A stretch of DNA of 64,000 nt from a virus. Below the pieces are notes generated by a model. The model was given only the letters and a program-made list of their open reading frames with translations. It was not told the DNA's origin and made no database searches. The stretch covers positions 1 to 64,000 of the IMG/VR virus record IMGVR_UViG_3300032053_000016; one strand, given 5' to 3'. Numbering within the stretch: the stretch's first letter is position 1; every line of letters starts with the position of its first letter. Position numbers and translations under genes: made by a program. Below are positions 1 through 9,481 of this stretch, piece by piece.

Positions 1-160
1 GCGATCATGTCGTTGTGCGTGTCGTCGCTGCCCCACTCGCCCTTGGCGTCCGACCGCATCCAATCCGCGTCGTCGCGGATCTCGCTGTACTCGCCGTCGC
101 GCGGGTCGGCGCTGACGTTCGGGCCCGGATCCTTGCGTCTCGCCTGCATCGACTCGGCCC

Positions 161-367
161 TCATGCTATTTGAATCGCCGCCATGTCGAACCAGATGTCC
201 GAGATCCCACGCACGTGGCCGATCGGCTCTATCTGCTCGCCGACCGTGAGGTCGGTCTCGAGGATCAGCACGTTCCACTCGGACTGCCCGTGTCGGCTGA
301 GCAGCAGGTACACGCCTGTCTTTGGCTCTGTGCGCGCCCACACCTCACCCGCGGCTCGGGTTGTCAC
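161..367 (-). CDS. GQVW-family small protein
   Basis: GTG start overlapping upstream stop; RAAGEVW...VYLLL. Confidence 0.6.
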   Translation of the reverse strand: MTTRAAGEVWARTEPKTGVYLLLSRHGQSEWNVLILETDLTVGEQIEPIGHVRGISDIWFDMAAIQIA

Positions 368-1098
368 CTCTTGTCCTGCGTCTTTGGCTCGCACCACACC
401 GTCGCCTCCGGGGCGGGCGTGCCGTCTGTGGACATCACGGCCTTCCACGCCTCGAGCTGCGTGCGGAACGTGCCCATGCGCGCGATGTGTCGGCACCTAG
501 CGTACCAGTAGACTTCCTCGTCCATGCGCTCACCCTACCGCTTCCTGGGAGGATACGCGCTCTTGGGATCCACGTGCGGCCAACGTTCGGCCCACTCCCC
601 CTTCACGCGCGACGGGACCTGGATCGGCGCGTGGAACCCGCACGTGCACGCGCACGCGTACAGGAACCCGGCGTCGCTGCGTATCTGCTGGTGGCAGGCG
701 AGCACGTTGGCGCGTTGAGCCTTGAGCTCGGCTCGCGCTTGGGACCGACGTCGACGCTCGGCCCACGTGGCGATCCGCGTGACCCACGTCGCGCCCCACC
801 GCTTGGGGGCGGGCCGATCGGGGGTGGAGGAGGGTTCGCGGTAGGGGTGGTGGGTCACGTGGAGCTCTCGGGTGGCTGGATCACGATCACCGTCGCGCTG
901 CCGTCCTCGACGCACCGCGCGAGCGTCGCGAGCAGCGACCACTGCTCGTGGTGGCCGGCGATCTTGACGCTCGCGCGTCGGCGCTCGCGTTGCTGACGCC
1001 TGGCTTGCTTCCTACGTGTCCTGTTCTTCATGGCTTTTCGGGTGGCTTTCGGGTGGGGAGCGAACTGCGGTTCGCAGTGCGCGCATTTTTGAGAGAAT

Positions 1099-1365
1099 TT
1101 ACGGGAGAGGGGCGGCCGAAACCCGTGGAGAAGAGAACATGTAGAACTCGGCGTCGCCTGCCTCCGGACCCATCAAACGAGACTTGGAGCTGGCGACGTC
1201 CCACCGCTCCTCGCTCACCCACACACACCTCCACGTCTCCATGTCACGAGCTAGCCAAGAGGCGTTGATCAAGTTGACGTGGCGGGACTCAAGCATGACG
1301 ACGCGCCACCTCTGTCCTTCGCCGTCGTGCGTCCACCACACCTGCCCGGCCTGCGGACGCTTCAC
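1099..1365 (-). CDS. GQVW-family small protein
   Basis: VKRPQAGQVWW, GTGA overlap with upstream gene. Confidence 0.6.
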   Translation of the reverse strand: MKRPQAGQVWWTHDGEGQRWRVVMLESRHVNLINASWLARDMETWRCVWVSEERWDVASSKSRLMGPEAGDAEFYMFSSPRVSAAPLP

Positions 1366-1559
1366 TTGACACCTGTCGTGAACATCGACAGCCACACACT
1401 CGAGTACTCGCACACCTCGCCGGGCCGCTCCCAACCGTTGGCCATGTGGTGACCTTCGATCACCAGCGCGTGCCACTCTGTGTGGTCGTCTCTGGACTGC
1501 CGCACCAGCAGGTACATGCCAGGAGGGTTGACGTGCGCGCGTAGTTCGCCAGACTTCAC
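1362..1559 (-). CDS. GQVW-family small protein
   Basis: VKSGELR...MYLLVRQS...EWHALVIE; similar to 161..367. Confidence 0.55.
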   Translation of the reverse strand: MKSGELRAHVNPPGMYLLVRQSRDDHTEWHALVIEGHHMANGWERPGEVCEYSSVWLSMFTTGVK

Positions 1560-1765
1560 GCCTCCAACCGCGTCCAGTGCTTGGCGAGGTCGACGCAGAT
1601 CCCAAGTTTGCCGACGTGTGGGTCGCCGTGCCGGTCGTCGTCTTGCTGAAGGATGAGCACTTCGGAGTAGCGTCGCGTGTCTTGCCCCCCGCCGAAACCG
1701 CAGTCTCGAACGACCACCACCACGCTGCGCTCGCAGATCCATGTCGTGCCAACTGTGGCCATCAC
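1556..1765 (-). CDS. GQVW-family small protein
   Basis: MATVGTTW...WTRLEA. Confidence 0.55.
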   Translation of the reverse strand: MMATVGTTWICERSVVVVVRDCGFGGGQDTRRYSEVLILQQDDDRHGDPHVGKLGICVDLAKHWTRLEA

Positions 1766-1953
1766 TCCACAAGCTCCATCGGGTGCTCGCAGAACTCGTG
1801 CGACGGCCACGAGAACGTGTACCCGGCCAGCGCGACGCCTGTGCGACCCTCGTGCAGATACATGGCCGTGACACGCTTGGGGGTGAGTCTCACGATCACA
1901 CGCCATGTGTCCGTCATCGGGTTGCGCCACACCTGACCCAGCTTGAGCGTCAT
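1762..1953 (-). CDS. GQVW-family small protein
   Basis: MTLKLGQVWRN; ATGA overlap. Confidence 0.6.
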   Translation of the reverse strand: MTLKLGQVWRNPMTDTWRVIVRLTPKRVTAMYLHEGRTGVALAGYTFSWPSHEFCEHPMELVE

Positions 1954-2162
1954 TCTAACCTCATCCATGTCCCGTGACCTTTGTCAGGCCCACCCCAGTC
2001 ATCCATCTCGTTCGCGTTCACGAATTCACCTGTCTCAACCCTGAGAACTGTGTGACGTGTGTGTTCGCGCGATTGTGCGGATCGCACGACTATGTGAATC
2101 CCGTTCCAACCTACAAGGTCGATCCCTTCCCACACTTGGCCGACGCGGTCGACGAACTTCAT
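1950..2162 (-). CDS. GQVW-family small protein
   Basis: DRVGQVWE...WMRLE. Confidence 0.65.
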   Translation of the reverse strand: MKFVDRVGQVWEGIDLVGWNGIHIVVRSAQSREHTRHTVLRVETGEFVNANEMDDWGGPDKGHGTWMRLE

Positions 2163-2644
2163 GTTTTCTCCTCAAAAGGCCACCACGCAGGTGCCGAGGC
2201 TCGTGGTGCCCAACGGGCGAACCGAGCCTTATCGCCGATGTAATAACGACGATATGCCTCAACAATGTCCAGATCTGCTGTCTGCGTCTTCCAAGGCTCT
2301 TTGATAGCTCGAGCGAATAACGTCAAACCTACGTCAGACAGATCAGGCGTTGTGTTAACACACTGCTCGATGATTTCCTGCGTGACGTGAACACGGTTGT
2401 AGCGACGTGTATACTCCTCACACAAGGCAAAAGCGTGGACAGCAAGCCACTTGTAGTTTGACAACGAGGAACGTACCCACTTGCTACAAGGGTGGTTGAA
2501 GTGTGTGTGCTTGTAACGGGTCGTATCAGGAGGCAACGCCGTGATCAACAGCTGTGCTGACTCGAGCACCATCTTGACCACATGTTTGTTGCATTGCTGT
2601 TGAGCGGCAGTAACAGGGTCAACGTCAAGAACAAAGACGTTCAT
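2159..2644 (-). CDS. Pyrimidine-dimer DNA glycosylase (T4 endonuclease V-like) family protein
   Basis: MNVFVLD..P..AA....KHVVKM.LE.AQLL, YK.TH.NHPC..W and AYR.YY..DK motifs. Confidence 0.8.
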   Translation of the reverse strand: MNVFVLDVDPVTAAQQQCNKHVVKMVLESAQLLITALPPDTTRYKHTHFNHPCSKWVRSSLSNYKWLAVHAFALCEEYTRRYNRVHVTQEIIEQCVNTTPDLSDVGLTLFARAIKEPWKTQTADLDIVEAYRRYYIGDKARFARWAPRASAPAWWPFEEKT

Positions 2645-2862
2645 CAGCCCAGCCTCTCACCGCGAATGTCGTCCATGTTCTCGCTCCAACGGTTCGGCGT
2701 GGCGTGAAAGATCTTGCCGGTCGCCAAGCACAGGCAGCGCCACAGTGATTCTTTTGAACACGTTGGCGTCCACAGCTCAAGCAGCACGCTCGGCTGCATC
2801 TCCTCGAAGTCAGGAGTGGCAAGCATCCACACCTGCCCGACCGCTGGCTCGTCGATCCTCAT
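2644..2862 (-). CDS. GQVW-family small protein
   Basis: PAVGQVW...PSVLLE...WRCLCL..G.IF....NRW; clear paralog of 4396..4626. Confidence 0.65.
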   Translation of the reverse strand: MRIDEPAVGQVWMLATPDFEEMQPSVLLELWTPTCSKESLWRCLCLATGKIFHATPNRWSENMDDIRGERLG

Positions 2863-3065
2863 GCCACCCTCACCATCCATTGTTTGAGAAACTCTCGCAT
2901 GTGGATCGTGTACGTCTTGCCCGCGAGCTCACGTGGACGTAAACCGTCTTTAAGAAACCCATCGTCAAGGAACATCGCTGTCACGAACCCAAGCTCGTCA
3001 GGATCTGTGATGATCAAGCGCAAGACGCCTGACTCGGTGTGAGTGTACACTTGGTTGGCTCTCAC
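2859..3065 (-). CDS. Small protein, divergent GQVW-like
   Basis: VRANQVY...WMVRVA; coupled to neighbours. Confidence 0.5.
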   Translation of the reverse strand: MRANQVYTHTESGVLRLIITDPDELGFVTAMFLDDGFLKDGLRPRELAGKTYTIHMREFLKQWMVRVA

Positions 3066-3289
3066 CACTGCTTTCGATTGCTCATCGATGTCCACGGCAC
3101 GTCTTTCTTCTCATAGACGTGTGTTAAGTCCCAACCTGCATCATCCCCTGGTTCTAAGCAGACGACAGGATGTCGCCAAAGCGCATCATCATCAGTTGGT
3201 GAATTGATTGGTTTCCCGATGATGAGAAACAGCCTGTTGTAAATGGTCCACACTTCGCCGGTTCTGTCAGGAGGAGGAGGAGACGTCAC
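3062..3289 (-). CDS. GQVW-family small protein
   Basis: PDRTGEVW...LIIGKP...HPVVCLEPG. Confidence 0.6.
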   Translation of the reverse strand: MTSPPPPDRTGEVWTIYNRLFLIIGKPINSPTDDDALWRHPVVCLEPGDDAGWDLTHVYEKKDVPWTSMSNRKQW

Positions 3290-3555
3290 GTTGACGCTCG
3301 AAACAGCGCGAACGGCGAGTTGTTATCGATGTTTGTCCACCCTCGAAACGTTATCTCTGTAAGAGGAGGATCACCTACTTCCGCGCTGATCAGCATGCAT
3401 CGCACTTCATCGTCGTGGCTCAAGACATCGTCGAGAAGGACAAACAAGTAATCAGGCTTCTCCACAGCGAACGCGTCGCCCGCCCTGAGCCTGAGTGACC
3501 AGAACGTCGCGACGTGATCGCGCGTCCAACCTTCTCTAAGGGCGACCGTCGGCAT
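3286..3555 (-). CDS. Small hypothetical protein (GQVW-like)
   Basis: LRAGDAF...YLFVLL; in coupled array. Confidence 0.5.
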   Translation of the reverse strand: MPTVALREGWTRDHVATFWSLRLRAGDAFAVEKPDYLFVLLDDVLSHDDEVRCMLISAEVGDPPLTEITFRGWTNIDNNSPFALFRAST

Positions 3556-3718
3556 CGCACAGTTCCAACTGAAGCTTCTTCACCTCGGTTCGCGCATCTT
3601 GTAGGTCGAGCGCGAGCCGCACGATGGCGAGCGCGGAGACCGGGCCGGCCGACCCGGCGCGACACCCGTCGTTCTCGATCAGCTCTTCTAGGATCTCGTC
3701 GGCGACTCGTTTCCTCAT
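3536..3718 (-). CDS. Hypothetical protein
   Basis: ATG 6 nt downstream of a TAAGGT -10-like box. Confidence 0.5.
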   Translation of the reverse strand: MRKRVADEILEELIENDGCRAGSAGPVSALAIVRLALDLQDARTEVKKLQLELCDADGRP

Positions 3719-3759
3719 GACGCAACCTTACACCTGCGACGGCGGGAACGGTTCTCTTA

Positions 3760-3981
3760 TCACGCGATCAGCTTAGACTGGCTGTGCCACAGCGCGTCCT
3801 CGCTGAACACCACAACGTCTCCTGACTTGTAGTACAAGTTGTCTTCTACGTTGAGGATCAACGACTCCATCTTGCGTCTCCCCTTGCGAGCCTTGCCCAC
3901 CCACCGCAGTGTCACGAAGATCGTGGGAACAACCGACCACCCTTGCCACTCGCGTGTTTGCCCAGGTGCAAGAGGAGTCAC
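3760..3981 (-). CDS. GQVW-family small protein
   Basis: LAPGQTREW; GTGA overlap. Confidence 0.55.
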   Translation of the reverse strand: MTPLAPGQTREWQGWSVVPTIFVTLRWVGKARKGRRKMESLILNVEDNLYYKSGDVVVFSEDALWHSQSKLIA

Positions 3982-4178
3982 AGCTTGCTGAACCCTCGGT
4001 TGTTGCAGTCGACGATGCAAACGTGACCTTCTAAGTCGGGCCTGAACGTTGACACGTGGATCAGGGCTTTAGCCTCGTTGTGCGCGCCTGGCTCCTCAAG
4101 GTACGTGAGCAGAACGTGACCCGAAGACTTGTTGCTCGTCTCCCACGTCGTCCCTGTCAACGGCTCACGCTTGCTCAC
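3978..4178 (-). CDS. GQVW-family small protein
   Basis: PLTGTTWE. Confidence 0.55.
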   Translation of the reverse strand: MSKREPLTGTTWETSNKSSGHVLLTYLEEPGAHNEAKALIHVSTFRPDLEGHVCIVDCNNRGFSKL

Positions 4179-4399
4179 GTGATCCTCACCCAGTTGGTGG
4201 GGTTGGGACGGTTATTTTCACTTGACGTCAACACGTCCTCTTTAGCGGTGTCGATCTGCATTCCTAGACGACCAGCCGCGTCATCGACGCGATAGATGAT
4301 GAACGTGTTGTGTATTCTGTCAAGCATGTTGTGCCAGCCTGTGATCACCTCGATCGAGCCGCCGATCTCCCACACTTGGCCGATCCTAGGGTTGATCAC
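4175..4399 (-). CDS. GQVW-family small protein
   Basis: PRIGQVWE...WVRIT. Confidence 0.65.
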   Translation of the reverse strand: MINPRIGQVWEIGGSIEVITGWHNMLDRIHNTFIIYRVDDAAGRLGMQIDTAKEDVLTSSENNRPNPTNWVRIT

Positions 4400-4626
4400 G
4401 CTAGCCTCACTCCAACAAGATGATCAGCTAAGTCATCAGGAAATCGTTCCACGTCCCGCCAACGGTTCAGTGAAGCGTTGAAGATCGACCCGTCTATCAA
4501 ACACAAACACACCCAGTAACGCTCTCCATTTGATGACACGCGACTCTCAAGCAACAGCGCTGGCTCAAGACGATGCTCGTGACTCGTTAGTTGCCACACT
4601 TGGCCGGTTTCCAGCTCACACAACAC
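4396..4626 (-). CDS. GQVW-family small protein
   Basis: LETGQVW...PALLLE...WVCLCL..G.IF....NRW...VRLA. Confidence 0.65.
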   Translation of the reverse strand: MLCELETGQVWQLTSHEHRLEPALLLESRVSSNGERYWVCLCLIDGSIFNASLNRWRDVERFPDDLADHLVGVRLA

Positions 4627-4828
4627 GGTTGCACCGCTGAAACATCCAAGCTTCGTCGATCGACGTCGTGATGCTGAAATCTTGTGATTGAGAGTCAAGG
4701 ATCAGTGCGTCCCACCACGGGTATGTTTCGTTGTGACGTTCAAGTAACACAAATATGAAATTATATCTTCGGTGTGTGCCCGAGAAAAGGAACACGTCGC
4801 CAGGCATCAAGTACCATTCGCCGCTCAT
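4616..4828 (-). CDS. GQVW-family small protein
   Basis: LMPGDVF...FIFVLLE...WDALIL. Confidence 0.55.
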   Translation of the reverse strand: MSGEWYLMPGDVFLFSGTHRRYNFIFVLLERHNETYPWWDALILDSQSQDFSITTSIDEAWMFQRCNRVV

Positions 4829-5049
4829 GCCGTCCCCAGCACGATGAGCTCAGAGTGGGTGAACAACGGCTCGTTTAAACGGTAATTTTTGTGTACGCCG
4901 ACGTGAGCACCTGCTGTCAACTTCTCGACGTAGAGGAACAGCACGGTCGCGTGGAACTGTGTGCACTTTAAGACAACGTAGATGATGTGCCCGCATTCGT
5001 CGTGAACCCCGTCGCCGTACTCACGTACTTCACCGACGTCGAACCTCAC
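4825..5049 (-). CDS. GQVW-family small protein
   Basis: FDVGEVR...IIYVVL. Confidence 0.55.
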   Translation of the reverse strand: MRFDVGEVREYGDGVHDECGHIIYVVLKCTQFHATVLFLYVEKLTAGAHVGVHKNYRLNEPLFTHSELIVLGTA

Positions 5050-5273
5050 ACGAGCACCGTTGTTTCTTCCACAAGCCACGAGTTGAAAGCGTCGACGATC
5101 TTCCCGGCCGGAGGGATGTACGCCTCCTGCATGCCTGTCACCTCCAATGTGAGCACAGACCACCCGACGCCGACAGATGCCAATACGAGATAGACGCTGT
5201 CGCCGGTGGCACCCACATGGATGCGAGTCTGCCCTGGTTCCACGGGCACTTGATCACGCGGCTGGATCATCAC
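5046..5273 (-). CDS. GQVW-family small protein
   Basis: VEPGQTR...VYLVL. Confidence 0.55.
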   Translation of the reverse strand: MMIQPRDQVPVEPGQTRIHVGATGDSVYLVLASVGVGWSVLTLEVTGMQEAYIPPAGKIVDAFNSWLVEETTVLV

Positions 5274-5617
5274 GCTGGCTCGATCCATTTCTTGCTGGTG
5301 CAGAGGTGAGGTGCATGTGTGAAGCGATCGTCTCTCCCATCAAGCGGGACGATGAGCACCGCGTCAAGGTGGCCGCCAGCTTCGTGCTTCTTGAGCTCAC
5401 GCACCACGAGCAGTAGCTCACCAGCTGGGATGCGTTCGCCCCACCTGAAATGCTCAAGCGTCCACGTGACTGTCGCGCTCCCTCCACCCATCCTCGGTGC
5501 TGCCGCGATCGCCTTGTAGATGCTCGGTCCGGCGTACCGCTCCGCACGCAGGCGATCGCAGAGGCAGCAACCACACGGTTGATCGTGCTCTCGACGCGTG
5601 CTGTTGATCGGGCTCAC
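5270..5617 (-). CDS. Hypothetical protein with N-terminal CxCCxC motif
   Basis: ORF in co-directional array; HDQPCGCCLC. Confidence 0.5.
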   Translation of the reverse strand: MSPINSTRREHDQPCGCCLCDRLRAERYAGPSIYKAIAAAPRMGGGSATVTWTLEHFRWGERIPAGELLLVVRELKKHEAGGHLDAVLIVPLDGRDDRFTHAPHLCTSKKWIEPA

Positions 5618-5626
5618 GAATCCACT

Positions 5627-5896
5627 TTACCACACCCTTCTCTGACAGTCGCTCTCGGTAAGCGCGGTCGACTCCATGAACCAGATGGCGTGCTCGTCGT
5701 GCTCAAGGATCTCGCCAGCCTTGTACGGAGCGTACGTTGAGTGAAGAACGAACGAACGTCCTATCCGTCCAGTGGCGCTGGGACCTGAGCTTCCGCTGTG
5801 TTCTACGACGAGGTATATCGACTCTTCGTTACCTGATGAGTACACGCGTATCGCACCTGTGAAGCAGGTGCCCTGGGGTGGGATGTTGAAGCTCAC
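5627..5896 (-). CDS. GQVW-like small protein
   Basis: PQGTCF...IYLVV...FVLHST (shared with 6102..6311). Confidence 0.55.
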   Translation of the reverse strand: MSFNIPPQGTCFTGAIRVYSSGNEESIYLVVEHSGSSGPSATGRIGRSFVLHSTYAPYKAGEILEHDEHAIWFMESTALTESDCQRRVW

Positions 5897-6105
5897 TCGA
5901 CCTTCTCCCACCCGAGCTTCGGAAGGTTGAAGACTGTCTCCACATCGCCTGTCAACAGGTCAAGCGAGACCCAGTCGTTGTACTCTGGGTTGTGTGTGTT
6001 TGGCCCGATCATCTCGATCAGGAGGACAGGGTACCACTCGACTGCGTCTGTCTCGCTTGACCACGTGCACCACTCCCACACGTCGCCACGCTCGACGACC
6101 CTCAC
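5893..6105 (-). CDS. GQVW-family small protein
   Basis: VERGDVWEW...LDLLTG. Confidence 0.6.
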   Translation of the reverse strand: MRVVERGDVWEWCTWSSETDAVEWYPVLLIEMIGPNTHNPEYNDWVSLDLLTGDVETVFNLPKLGWEKVE

Positions 6106-6311
6106 GTGATCCTCTTGTAATGCATCAGCAAGCTGACCGACCTTGGGTGGTAGAGCTCACCCGGAAGGATGAACACGTTTGTCGAGTGGAGGACGAAGCA
6201 CGTCGCCTCGTCGTGATGCGCGATAACGTCATCACGGTCCACGACAAGGAGCAACACACTGGCATCCCCTTCCCACACTGAACCGATCGACACGATGGGC
6301 ATGTTGTTCAA
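6102..6311 (-). CDS. GQVW-family small protein
   Basis: SIGSVWE...LLLVV...KRIT. Confidence 0.6.
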   Translation of the reverse strand: MNNMPIVSIGSVWEGDASVLLLVVDRDDVIAHHDEATCFVLHSTNVFILPGELYHPRSVSLLMHYKRIT

Positions 6312-6320
6312 GGTGACACG

Positions 6321-7544
6321 TCATCCCTTGACGCACAAAACTTGCTTAAGAACGTGTACGATCTCCACCAGCTCGGCTTGGGCTGCCATCACCGCGTCAA
6401 TGCTCTTGTAAGCGCCTGGAGTCTCGTCGACCACGCTCGCGTCCTTGCGACACTCGACACCTTTGGTGGCTTCAACGTGATCCTCAACCGTGAACGTTTT
6501 CTTCGCCTCCGTGCGTGACATGCGACGGCCGGCGCCGTGCGAGCAGGAACACAGGCTGTCGCGGTTGCCCTTGCCTCGCACGATGAACGACTTGGCGCCC
6601 ATCGATCCTGGGATGATGCCGAGCTCGCCAAGCTGAGCGGAGACCGCTCCCTTACGTGTGACCCACAGCTTGCGACCGAAGTGCCTCTCGCTTGAGATGT
6701 AGTTGTGGTGGCAGTTGACAGCCTCCACCTCGGCGTTCGCGTTCCAAGTCACGCCGAGCTCCTTGACGACGGCGTCGAGCGTGGCGTCCATCATGACCTC
6801 GCGGTTCAAGCGAGCGAAGTCCTGGCCAAACCTGACAGCCTGGATGTACGCCGTGTAGTGTTGACTGCCCTCCGGAAGGTACGAGAGATCCTTGTCGGGC
6901 AAGTTGATGTGCCAACGTTCCATCTCCTTCTTCGCAAGCGCGATGAAGTGCGAACCGACACGGTTGCCGACCCCGCGTGAGCCGGAGTGAAGCATCAGCC
7001 ACACGTTCTGATCCTCGTCGCCGCACACCTCGATGAAGTGGTTCCCTGACCCGAGCGTGCCGAGGTGGCCGATGGTCGTTCCTCGGTCGAGGCCGGGGTA
7101 AAGTGCAACAAGCTTCTTGTACTCCGCGTCGAGCGTAGACCAACGGTCGCGAACGTTCTGCGGCACGTCTCCCCATGCGCCACGGTCGTTGCGACCGCCT
7201 TGATCTGTGCGTCCGTGCGGGACAGCCTTCTCGATGACGGAGCGTAGGCTCGCGAGGCTGTCTGGAAGCTGTGACAGCTTGAGGTCAAGCTTGCGCGCCA
7301 TCATTCCACAGCCGATGTCCACACCCACGGCCGCGGGGATGATCACCCGATCTGTGGGGATGACGCTGCCGACCGTCGCGCCGAAGCCTTTGTGCACGTC
7401 CGGCATGACTGCGAGGTGCGGCCACACGAACGGCAACGTGGCGACGTTGACGAGCTGCTCCTCAGCCGGCTCCTCAAGCTCAACGCCGTCGACCCACGCC
7501 TTGATGGGCACGCGTTGCCCCTCTCTCCCTGTGATGACCTTCAT
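6321..7544 (-). CDS. rtcB: RtcB RNA 3'-phosphate/5'-OH ligase
   Basis: MPDVH.G.G..VG, VGVDIGCGM, GTLGSGNHFIE, HSGSRG, HHNY, PGSMG, SHGAGR and DE.P.AYK motifs. Confidence 0.97.
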   Translation of the reverse strand: MKVITGREGQRVPIKAWVDGVELEEPAEEQLVNVATLPFVWPHLAVMPDVHKGFGATVGSVIPTDRVIIPAAVGVDIGCGMMARKLDLKLSQLPDSLASLRSVIEKAVPHGRTDQGGRNDRGAWGDVPQNVRDRWSTLDAEYKKLVALYPGLDRGTTIGHLGTLGSGNHFIEVCGDEDQNVWLMLHSGSRGVGNRVGSHFIALAKKEMERWHINLPDKDLSYLPEGSQHYTAYIQAVRFGQDFARLNREVMMDATLDAVVKELGVTWNANAEVEAVNCHHNYISSERHFGRKLWVTRKGAVSAQLGELGIIPGSMGAKSFIVRGKGNRDSLCSCSHGAGRRMSRTEAKKTFTVEDHVEATKGVECRKDASVVDETPGAYKSIDAVMAAQAELVEIVHVLKQVLCVKG

Positions 7545-7556
7545 CCAACCATCTTA
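7545..7556 (-). promoter_or_regulatory. -10-like box (TAAGAT) 6 nt before the rtcB ATG; putative leaderless promoter
   Basis: The same TANNNT-N6-start spacing recurs at about 10 operon heads. Confidence 0.55.
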
Positions 7557-7562
7557 CGGCGA

Positions 7563-7775
7563 TCATCGCAAAATGCATGCTCTCGGCAGGTACACGGCGT
7601 CGTCATATAACTCTCCAGACTCCTGCTCGACGGCAAGCATGCCGTCGTCAAGGTACATGACGTCGACGTACAGGTAGCCTGATATCGAGCTGAACGGTTC
7701 GGAGAGCACGACGAAGCTGTCTGCGTTGCCCATCGGGTAGAGCACGACGTCACCAAGTTTGAGACCCACGTTCAC
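7563..7775 (-). CDS. GQVW-like small protein
   Basis: LKLGDVVLY. Confidence 0.5.
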   Translation of the reverse strand: MNVGLKLGDVVLYPMGNADSFVVLSEPFSSISGYLYVDVMYLDDGMLAVEQESGELYDDAVYLPRACILR

Positions 7776-7779
7776 CTCT

Positions 7780-7986
7780 CTAGATGGCGACCGTTTGGGT
7801 CGTAAGCCAATCCTCACTCCACCACGTCGTGGATCCGACTACAAACATGTTGCTATACCACTTTGTGGAGTGAATGACGATGGCCTCCCAGCCAGTGTTC
7901 TCACGATCGTGACCGACCACAAGGATGAACATCTCACCGTTGCCAGAGCTCGCTGCGGCTCGCACCTGCCCGATCTCAGGCTTCAC
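7780..7986 (-). CDS. GQVW-family small protein
   Basis: PEIGQVR...FILVV...WEAIVIHST. Confidence 0.55.
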   Translation of the reverse strand: MKPEIGQVRAAASSGNGEMFILVVGHDRENTGWEAIVIHSTKWYSNMFVVGSTTWWSEDWLTTQTVAI

Positions 7987-8186
7987 AGCCTCTCCCAGCG
8001 TTCAACATCGTGCAGCTCCATCCACGGCATGTTGCCAGTGTGAAACACGAACATGTGTGCTATTGGAAACGGGTTCTGCCCTATGATGACACCGATGAAG
8101 AGCCAGTAGACTGGTGGATCGTCTGGGTTGTCAGATTTGTGCGATGGGAACACGACGACGTCTCCAGGCTTCAACGGCGGGTTCAC
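7983..8186 (-). CDS. GQVW-like small protein
   Basis: LKPGDVV...WERL. Confidence 0.5.
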   Translation of the reverse strand: MNPPLKPGDVVVFPSHKSDNPDDPPVYWLFIGVIIGQNPFPIAHMFVFHTGNMPWMELHDVERWERL

Positions 8187-8401
8187 ACCAACCTCTTGAT
8201 GTTCTTGGTCTCGCACGATCCGTCGTTTACAAATAACTCTTCAAGACACGGGAAGAGCAGCGTTGAGAACGGGCGATCGTCGGCGACGAGGTACACGATT
8301 TGATGCACCCACCCCCATTCACCGATTCTAGACTCCATCACAAGTGCGATGTAGCCCGGGGTGAATTCCCACACCTGTCCAACACGGTTCACAGTCAGCA
8401 T
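8183..8401 (-). CDS. GQVW-family small protein
   Basis: NRVGQVWE...KRLV. Confidence 0.65.
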   Translation of the reverse strand: MLTVNRVGQVWEFTPGYIALVMESRIGEWGWVHQIVYLVADDRPFSTLLFPCLEELFVNDGSCETKNIKRLV

Positions 8402-8480
8402 GATGACGTGGTTCACACACGACGATGACTCTCGATACACGAGAGTTCTGTGTTGGCGTTTACCCATGTACATTCATGAC

Positions 8481-8750
8481 ATGCACGCTTCCGTTCCTGA
8501 TCGACGTGGTGAAACCTGGGAGGAGAAACCACGCCCAGAACACCAGTGGGTGCCGGGACACGACGAACGGGTCGAACGTTTCGTTGTCGTCGGTGAGCCG
8601 ACGCTCGTTGAAGGCCATGATCCGTCTAGAGTGGCGTCATGGTGTCACCAGGTGCTCTGGATGGATGACATCCCATCGCTTCCAGGCGACGGCGAAGACA
8701 AGATCAACGAGAACTACTTCACCAACGGCATGTACGTGAGGCTCGCGTGA
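8481..8750 (+). CDS. GQVW-family small protein
   Basis: PDRRGETWE...VVVGEP...YVRLA; TACATT 6 nt upstream of ATG. Confidence 0.65.
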   Translation: MHASVPDRRGETWEEKPRPEHQWVPGHDERVERFVVVGEPTLVEGHDPSRVASWCHQVLWMDDIPSLPGDGEDKINENYFTNGMYVRLA

Positions 8751-8965
8751 CCGGTAAGGCTGGCGAGGTGTGGATCCTAGGCGACGGAAGTGACCCTAGT
8801 CTCGACGGCAGCGAGTGGTGGTACGTGCTGATCGAGCTGTGTGAAGGTTACCAAAACAAACATGTGTGGTGGGCGATGCGGCTGAACGACATCTCGGCTG
8901 ATCGACCGGCAGGCACGCTCGGGAGACTCACGGTTGGATACAAGCATTGTCGGAGGTTCGTTTGA
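8747..8965 (+). CDS. GQVW-family small protein
   Basis: KAGEVW...YVLIE. Confidence 0.6.
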   Translation: MTGKAGEVWILGDGSDPSLDGSEWWYVLIELCEGYQNKHVWWAMRLNDISADRPAGTLGRLTVGYKHCRRFV

Positions 8966-9192
8966 ACACGCGTGTCGGTGAGGTGTGGGAGATCAAAAGC
9001 TTCTTGAACGGGGAGCGTGTGGTCGTCGTCATGGAGTCGAAGCTGACTAGCCTTCGTCACGATGCCGGGTTCGCCATGCTGCACAAGATCTTGCAGATCA
9101 CGGGTAAGAAGGAGGGGCGTCTGCTCGTGTGGACGGAGTACCCAACCACTTTGTGGGAAGAGGCAGACAACATGAAACGTCTGGACGCTTGA
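8962..9192 (+). CDS. GQVW-family small protein
   Basis: TRVGEVWE...MKRLDA. Confidence 0.65.
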   Translation: MNTRVGEVWEIKSFLNGERVVVVMESKLTSLRHDAGFAMLHKILQITGKKEGRLLVWTEYPTTLWEEADNMKRLDA

Positions 9193-9193
9193 G

Positions 9194-9481
9194 ATGAGGA
9201 ATTACATGTTCGTGCAACCTGTCACGCCGCATCCAAACGACCAGCAGATCCGCCAGTCAAAGGATCGCACGTTTCAGGTTTGGGAGGTTTACGCAGAAGG
9301 CCTGATCCAGTTCGTGACCGGCGCGCCAGAGGTCACGATGTACGCGCCAAACGGCGAACCGTTTCAGTTCTCTCACCCTTGCTACTGCATCGACGACTGC
9401 GGCGAACGACACGAGTGGCCTCTTATTGAGACCGTTGATCGCCCTCTAGAGGTGAAGGAAATTTACAAGAGGTTAGCTTGA
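9194..9481 (+). CDS. GQVW-family small protein
   Basis: DRTFQVWE...HPCYC...YKRLA. Confidence 0.6.
   Translation: MRNYMFVQPVTPHPNDQQIRQSKDRTFQVWEVYAEGLIQFVTGAPEVTMYAPNGEPFQFSHPCYCIDDCGERHEWPLIETVDRPLEVKEIYKRLA

Noticed and set aside
1032-1090. Short tandem GGCTTT(T)CGGGT repeat and 6-bp hairpin GCGAAC/GTTCGC
   Set aside because: Too short to support a terminator or origin call.
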